Shown here: in pieces, positions 58,785-64,000 of the stretch
Numbering within the stretch: position 1 is the first letter of the stretch
How the letters are laid out: each line of letters begins with the position of its first letter
NCBI GenBank assembly: GCA_963751795.1
Contig: CAVVVI010000003.1
Coordinates: 79,286 to 143,285, forward strand
Origin: an uncultured Alphaproteobacteria bacterium
Lineage (GTDB): Bacteria; Pseudomonadota; Alphaproteobacteria; Acetobacterales; Acetobacteraceae
DNA: 64,000 nucleotides
Direction of reading: 5' to 3'
Program-made: the position numbers and the translations under genes
Notes under the pieces: generated by a model
Databases searched by the model: none
What the model was told of the DNA's origin: nothing
Seen by the model: only the letters and a program-made list of their open reading frames with translations

Positions 58785-59957
58785 TCAGGTGAGGTGGGGC
58801 AGGGCCAGATAGGCCTGGCTCTGCATCTCCTCCAGGCGCGACGCGGTGCGTTCGAAGGCGTCGGCCCCTTCGCCGCTGCGATAGAGGGCGTCGGGCGGGG
58901 CTTCGGCCGAGGCGATCAGCTTGACGCGGTGATCGTAGAGCGCGTCCACCAGCACGATGAAGCGGCGGGCGACGTCGTAATTGTCGGGCGAGAGGCGGGG
59001 CACGGCGTCGAGCACGAGGGCGTGGTAGTGGGTGGCCAGAGCGAGGTAGTCGCCGGCGCCCAGCGGCGTGCCGCAGAGTGCATCGAAATCGTAGCGGGCG
59101 ACGCCGGCCGCCGCGAGCGGGACGGCCATCGTGCGGCCCATGACGTGCAGGCGGGCGGGTGCGGCCGGGGCGCCGCCGGTGAGCTGGGCGAAGGCGTGGT
59201 CGAGGGCGGCGTCCGCGCGGGCGCCGACGGGCGTGTGCCAGACCGCCATGCCGCGCAGGCGGGCGCGGCGGAAATCGCGGTCGCCCTGCAGCACCAGGAT
59301 GTCGAGGCGGGATTCGAGCAGGGCGATGAAGGGGAGGAAGGCATCGCGGCCCGGGCGGCCGCGGAACAGGTTGGCGGGCAGGGTGTTCGACGTGGCCACG
59401 ACGACGACGCCGCGTTCGAACAAAGCGGCGAAGAGGCGGCCGAGGATCATGGCGTCGACGATGTCGTTGACCTGGAACTCGTCGAAGCAGAGCAGGGCGG
59501 CTTGGGCGGCGATGCGGTCGGCCAGTGGCGGGATCGGGTCGGCGGCTTCCGGGTTGGCCTGGCGCCAGGCGTGGATGCTCGCGTGCTGGTCCTGCATGAA
59601 GCGGTGGAAGTGGATGCGGCGTTTGCGCGCGACCTGGGCGCTGACGAAGAACAGATCCATGAGCATGGATTTGCCGCGGCCGACCTCGCCCACGAGATAG
59701 AGGCCGTTGGGGTGGCCATCGGGCGCGCCCTCGGCGGGGCGGCGGCGGAGCAGGCGGCTGAGCAGGCCGGTGGGTTGCGGGCCGGGCGGCGGATCGTAGC
59801 CGCGCAGCTTGACCCAGAGATCCTGCAGGCGCTCGGCGGCCAGGCGCTGCGAGGCGTCGGGGCTGAGCGCGCCGCGGGCCACGAGTGCGCGCCAGGCGGG
59901 GAGCGGGCCGGCGGGGTCGGCCGGCAGCGTGGTGGGGAGGGGCGCCGGGGCATCCAT
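58785..59957 (-). CDS. zapE: cell division protein ZapE (AFG1-like ATPase)
   Basis: GLYLVGEVGRGKSMLMDLFF (Walker A)...LLCFDEFQVNDIVDAMIL (Walker B)...VVVATSN. Start set to ATG 59957. Confidence 0.88.
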   Translation of the reverse strand: MDAPAPLPTTLPADPAGPLPAWRALVARGALSPDASQRLAAERLQDLWVKLRGYDPPPGPQPTGLLSRLLRRRPAEGAPDGHPNGLYLVGEVGRGKSMLMDLFFVSAQVARKRRIHFHRFMQDQHASIHAWRQANPEAADPIPPLADRIAAQAALLCFDEFQVNDIVDAMILGRLFAALFERGVVVVATSNTLPANLFRGRPGRDAFLPFIALLESRLDILVLQGDRDFRRARLRGMAVWHTPVGARADAALDHAFAQLTGGAPAAPARLHVMGRTMAVPLAAAGVARYDFDALCGTPLGAGDYLALATHYHALVLDAVPRLSPDNYDVARRFIVLVDALYDHRVKLIASAEAPPDALYRSGEGADAFERTASRLEEMQSQAYLALPHLT

Positions 59958-60100
59958 GGTGGGGCCAGCGCAGTAGCGCGGGGCCGTCTGCACGGCAACC
60001 TGCGCGCTGTCACATCACTGGTGCGCGAGGGGTTAATCCAAACGAAGGTCCACAGCGTTAAGTGTGTCAGAAAGCATTTGACCGTGCCGGTGAGGACACT

Positions 60101-60361
60101 ATGCCGAGGATTGCCGCAGTTTTTGCCCAGGTGTGTGTCGTTGCCAGTCTGGTGAGTGGGCCGGCGATGGCGGCCGGGCTGCATGCGCCGGCGCGCAAGG
60201 CGACGGCGCGGCCGACGGCGCCGGAGGCGAGCTGCCTGGATAGCAGCCGGCTGGTGAGCCATGTGGCGTATCTGCCGGTCGATCCGGAGCGGACGCTGCG
60301 GTGCGGGCATCTGCTCTCGACCGACACCATGCTGACGGTGCATCACTGGGACCGGACCTGA
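60101..60361 (+). CDS. small secreted hypothetical protein
   Basis: MPRIAAVFAQVCVVASLVSGPAMA signal peptide; 86 aa. Confidence 0.4.
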   Translation: MPRIAAVFAQVCVVASLVSGPAMAAGLHAPARKATARPTAPEASCLDSSRLVSHVAYLPVDPERTLRCGHLLSTDTMLTVHHWDRT

Positions 60362-60430
60362 GGGCCGGTCGCTACTAGCGGGCTTGCCGCCAGGCTTGCA
60401 GCCGGGGGCGGCAAGGGGCATCTGGCGGGC

Positions 60431-61081
60431 ATGACGCAGAGCGCGCTGGCTTCTCAATCATCGGTGCTGGATCTGGACGCACTGGCGGCGACGCCGGTGG
60501 CCGACGCGCCGTTTCCGCATGTTGTGGTGCCGGATTTCGTGCCGCCCGGTCCGTTGGCGCGGATTTATGCGCAGCTGCCGCAGATGGATCGTGGCGGGTC
60601 GTTTCCGCCGGAGGCGCTGCCGTTGGGGCCGGAGGCGCGGGCGCTGATGGATGCGCTGCGCGGGCCGGCGCTGAAGGCGGCGATTGCCGACAAGTTCGGG
60701 CTGGATTTGGCCGATGCGCCGACCATGCTGACGATGCGGCTGGCGACGCGCGCCAAGGACGGCCAGATCCATACCGATTCGGCGGCCAAGCTTGTAACGG
60801 TGCTGCTGTATCTGAACCCGCCCAACCCCTCGTTCACGCAGCAGGATGGCTGCCTGCGGCTGCTGCGCTCGGCCAACGATCTGGAGGATTACGGCGTGGA
60901 GGTGCCGCCGACGCGCGGCACGCTGCTGGTGTTTCCCAACGGGCCTGCGACGTATCACGGGCACCGGCCGTATGTGGGGCCGCGCCACTCGATCCAGCTG
61001 AATTACATGGCCAATGACGGCAAGGCGCGATCGGAACTGCGGCGGCATCGGGTGAGCGCCTGGGTGAAGCGGCTGTTCTAG
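60431..61081 (+). CDS. 2OG-Fe(II) oxygenase family protein (prolyl-4-hydroxylase-like)
   Basis: H-x-D (GQIHTDS) ... distal His (PATYHGH) ... LLVFPN. Confidence 0.7.
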   Translation: MTQSALASQSSVLDLDALAATPVADAPFPHVVVPDFVPPGPLARIYAQLPQMDRGGSFPPEALPLGPEARALMDALRGPALKAAIADKFGLDLADAPTMLTMRLATRAKDGQIHTDSAAKLVTVLLYLNPPNPSFTQQDGCLRLLRSANDLEDYGVEVPPTRGTLLVFPNGPATYHGHRPYVGPRHSIQLNYMANDGKARSELRRHRVSAWVKRLF

Positions 61082-61204
61082 GCGGACGCGCCGTTGCGCC
61101 GGGCCGGCTGCAGGGCGCGGCGCAGGGTTCGTGCAACCACCGCTGGACGAATGCGTGGCCGAGTGCTCGATTGGTGCCAAGCAAAAATGTTCGAGGGCAC
61201 GGCC

Positions 61205-63529
61205 ATGGGTGATCGGGTTTCGCGGGGCGCATTGCGTCTGGTTCTGGCTGCGGGTGCGGCGTGGGGGCTGGCCGTGCCGGCCGGCGCGCAGACGGCCGGG
61301 CAGGCGGTGATCAAGTGGGACACCTATGGGGTGCCCCACATCTACGGGCCGGACGTGCCGACGGTGGAGCGCGGGCTGGGCTATGCGCAGATGGAGGCGC
61401 ATGCCGAGACGATCCTGAACAACGTGGCGCGCGCGCGGGGGCGGGCGGCGGAGTATTTCGGCGCCGGTGACGGCAACGCCAACATCATCAACGACACCAA
61501 CGTGCGCACCTACGGCATTCCGGCGCGGGCGGCGCAGTGGCTCTCGCAGGGTGGGCAGGAGCAGGCGAGCCTGCTGGCGGCGTTCTGTGCCGGCGCCAAC
61601 GAATACGCGCAGAGCCACCTTTCGGGCATCGACCCGCTGCTGCAGAAGATCCTGCCGCTGGTGCCGGCCGACATCACCGCCAGCGAGCAGTATACGATCT
61701 GGTTCACCTTCATTCCGAACCAGGACAATATCGGCGGCGCCAACCCGTATTCGACGGGGCTGCTGGAGAGCCTGTGGCAGACCGGCGGCTTGGCCGCGGC
61801 CAATGCGGCGGCGCGCAACATGGCGCCCACCGGATCGAATGGCTGGGCGGTGGGGCCCGCCAAGAGCACGTCGGGCAATGCCATTCTGATGGGCAACCCG
61901 CATCTGCCCTGGGGCAACAACCAGCCGGCAGGCGGCCTGGGCATCTATCAGTGGCTGGAGGTGAACCTGGTGGTGGGCGATCCGGCCGCACCCACGCTGA
62001 ACGCCGAGGGTGTGACGTTTGCCGGGGGGCCGTTCATCGGCATCGGCTTCAATGACCATCTGGGCTGGACGCACACCAACAACACGATCCAGGCGGGCAA
62101 TCTGTATCAGCTGACGCTGGATGCCACGGGCAAGAAATACATGTTCGGCGGGGCGGCGCTGCCCTTGGCCGTGCGGACCGACAGCATCCTGGTCAAGCAG
62201 GCGAGCGGCGCGCTGGTGGCCCAGCCGATCACCATCCGCTCGAGCGTGCACGGGCCGGTGGTGGCGACCAGTGCGGATGGCCACACGGCGCTGGCGCTGC
62301 GGGTGGCCGGGCTGGATCAGCCTTCGCTGGTGACGCAGTACTGGCACATGATCGAGGCGACCACGATGGCGCAGTTCGTGGCGGCCGATTCGATGCTGCA
62401 GATGCCGTTCTTCAACGTCATCTACGCCGACGACCAGAAGAACATCATGTACAAGTTCGGCGGCCGGCAGCCGGTGCGGCGGGGCGGGCAGTGGGCCGAT
62501 TATAACGGCATCCTGGACGGCACCGATCCGGCGAAACTGTGGACGAGCACCTTCACCTGGGCGCAGCTGCCCGGGGCGGTGAACCCGCAGGGCGGCTTCG
62601 TGGCCAACAGCAACAACCCGCCCTGGACCAGCGCCTTTCCGCAGCCGGCGACGCTGAACCCGGCCAATTACCCGGCTTACGTGGCGCCGCAATTCATGGA
62701 TTTCCGGCCGCAGCACGGGGCGAATTTCCTGCTCTCCCAGCCGAGCTTTACGGTGAGCGAGCTGCTGGCGGGCAAGATGTCCACCCACATGCTGTTGGCG
62801 GACCGGGTGCTGCCCGACCTGCTGGCGGCGGCTGCCGGATCGAGCGACGCCAACGTGCGGGCCGCGGTGCCGATCCTGACGGCGTGGGACCGCACGGGCG
62901 ACGCGCCGAGCGTGGGCGGGGCGCTGTTCGAGGAATGGTGGGATCTGGTGACGGCGGACGTGGCGGCGGGCAAGCTGCCGGCCGATACCACCGACAATTT
63001 CTACAGCCCGCACCCGACCTTCCGCATTGCGTGGGATCGCAACAATCCGCTGTCCACGCCGGTGGGGCTGGCCAATCCGGCGCAGCTGCTGCCGTATCTC
63101 GCCACCGCGTACACGACGTTGCAGACGGAATTCGCCAGCAAGGGCGGCGCCAGCGTGGCGTGGGGTGACGCACACCGGACGCTGCTGGTGTATCGCGACG
63201 GGCAGCAGCAGAACCTGACCGGCATCGCGGCCAACCATCCGCAAAGCGGGGCCGACGATCCGTTCGGGCCGATCCGGGTGACCAATCCGTTCTATGTGGG
63301 CGCGCTGGGCAGCTATATCACGTTCGGCGGCGATGGCTGGGTGCAGCTGATCGAGTTCACGCCGCAGGGGCCCAATGCGCAGGTGATGCTGGGCTACGGC
63401 AATTCGTCGCGGCCGAATTCACCGCACGTGGCCGACCAGTTGGGGTTCTTCGACAGCAAGACGTTGCGGCCGGCGCTGCGGACCGTGGGTGCGGTGAACG
63501 CGGCGACGATCTCGACCGAAAGCTACTAA
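61205..63529 (+). CDS. penicillin acylase family Ntn hydrolase (acyl-homoserine-lactone acylase-like)
   Basis: Signal sequence MGDRVSRGALRLVLAAGAAWGLAVPAGAQ. IKWDTYGVPHIYG...MAPTGSNGWAVGP (Ser-Asn-x-Trp nucleophile)...MGNPHLPW. An alternative ATG lies at 61187. Confidence 0.85.
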   Translation: MGDRVSRGALRLVLAAGAAWGLAVPAGAQTAGQAVIKWDTYGVPHIYGPDVPTVERGLGYAQMEAHAETILNNVARARGRAAEYFGAGDGNANIINDTNVRTYGIPARAAQWLSQGGQEQASLLAAFCAGANEYAQSHLSGIDPLLQKILPLVPADITASEQYTIWFTFIPNQDNIGGANPYSTGLLESLWQTGGLAAANAAARNMAPTGSNGWAVGPAKSTSGNAILMGNPHLPWGNNQPAGGLGIYQWLEVNLVVGDPAAPTLNAEGVTFAGGPFIGIGFNDHLGWTHTNNTIQAGNLYQLTLDATGKKYMFGGAALPLAVRTDSILVKQASGALVAQPITIRSSVHGPVVATSADGHTALALRVAGLDQPSLVTQYWHMIEATTMAQFVAADSMLQMPFFNVIYADDQKNIMYKFGGRQPVRRGGQWADYNGILDGTDPAKLWTSTFTWAQLPGAVNPQGGFVANSNNPPWTSAFPQPATLNPANYPAYVAPQFMDFRPQHGANFLLSQPSFTVSELLAGKMSTHMLLADRVLPDLLAAAAGSSDANVRAAVPILTAWDRTGDAPSVGGALFEEWWDLVTADVAAGKLPADTTDNFYSPHPTFRIAWDRNNPLSTPVGLANPAQLLPYLATAYTTLQTEFASKGGASVAWGDAHRTLLVYRDGQQQNLTGIAANHPQSGADDPFGPIRVTNPFYVGALGSYITFGGDGWVQLIEFTPQGPNAQVMLGYGNSSRPNSPHVADQLGFFDSKTLRPALRTVGAVNAATISTESY

Positions 63530-63610
63530 AGTCTCTAAAAAGAGATGCGTGTGTCTCATTTTGTGTGTTGACGGCGGGGCAGTCGTTGCGTAAACGTTGA
63601 TCACAAGCTT

Positions 63611-64000
63611 GTGAGGATCAGCGCCGTGTCGATTGTTGCCCTGGTTAGAAGTTCGGTGTGGCGTGTGTCGGCTTTGGCGGGGGTTGCCGTCGCTGCGATG
63701 GCCGCCACGCCGGCTGCGGCCTCGCCGTCGCTGGTGCAGAACGGCGACTTTTCGGCCACCACGGCCACGACGGTGTATAACGGCGTGACCGTGGGGACGG
63801 AGACGACGAACAGCAACCTGACCGGGTGGCAGTTCACAGGCTGCAACAGCAGCAATTGCGGGTTTTCGTTCCTGGCCAACAGCGCGCTGGCGACGACCGG
63901 CTGGTATGATGCGCAGGACGGCCATATCAGCACGCCGGGCACCAGCATCGGGCTGCAGAGCGGCTACACCGGCAACGCGTTCCTCTCGGACGCCGCGTAC
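63611..64000 (+). CDS. secreted hypothetical protein, 5' part only (runs off right edge)
   Basis: Open frame from GTG 63611 to the window end: VRISAVSIVALVRSSVWRVSALAGVAVAAMAATPAAASPSLVQNGDFSATT...TGWQFTGCNSSNCGFSFLAN... Signal-peptide-like N-terminus. Not in the ORF track because it is unterminated. Confidence 0.5.
   Translation, partial: MRISAVSIVALVRSSVWRVSALAGVAVAAMAATPAAASPSLVQNGDFSATTATTVYNGVTVGTETTNSNLTGWQFTGCNSSNCGFSFLANSALATTGWYDAQDGHISTPGTSIGLQSGYTGNAFLSDAAY

Noticed and set aside
60458-63244. 928-aa minus-strand ORF
   Set aside because: Antisense to the 2OG oxygenase and acylase genes. Arg/His/Pro-rich composition.
63568-63596. Sigma-70-like promoter TTGACG-N17-TAAACG before the last gene
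   Set aside because: The -35 element is good but the -10 matches only 3 of 6 positions. It cannot be supported from sequence alone.

Overview
Very G+C-rich chromosomal segment (third codon positions are almost all G/C). Gene order looks alphaproteobacterial and Acetobacteraceae-like: tamB-tamA, lpoA-like/rsmI divergent pair, hrcA...grpE, ahpC-ahpD, ctaG, hemB, glyA-nrdR-ribD-ribE-ribB(X)-ribH-nusB-thiL, and lexA with GTTC-N7-GTTC SOS boxes. I support about 60 protein genes and found no rRNA, tRNA or CRISPR array.

The conserved core is interrupted by at least seven short, visibly AT-richer islets at about 1-640, 8.9-10.6 kb, 14.3-15.3 kb, 24.8-27.0 kb, 35.95-38.06 kb, 44.6-45.5 kb and 56.4-57.2 kb. 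They carry orphan genes, a restriction-modification-like pair, a large orphan P-loop NTPase, one IS5-family insertion sequence and an IS66 transposase remnant.

Two dispersed repeat families occur: a modular three-hairpin GC-rich REP/MITE-like element and an A/T-rich hairpin that looks like a bidirectional terminator.

At least eight single-base indels, mostly at short homopolymers, interrupt otherwise well-conserved genes (trpS, ribD, lexA, an APC permease, a glycosyltransferase, the IS transposase, and the P-loop NTPase twice). One in-frame amber codon truncates a VOC-family gene. I read the indels as probable assembly or sequencing errors, but I cannot exclude real pseudogenes.

I do not see a clear-cut multi-gene novel system. 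The best leads are the orphan NTPase islet, the R-M-like islet with an unresolved gene junction, a secreted poly-His protein, and the repeat families. Gene starts in this G+C-rich DNA are often uncertain. Many long ORFs in the supplied track are antisense or out-of-frame artefacts.
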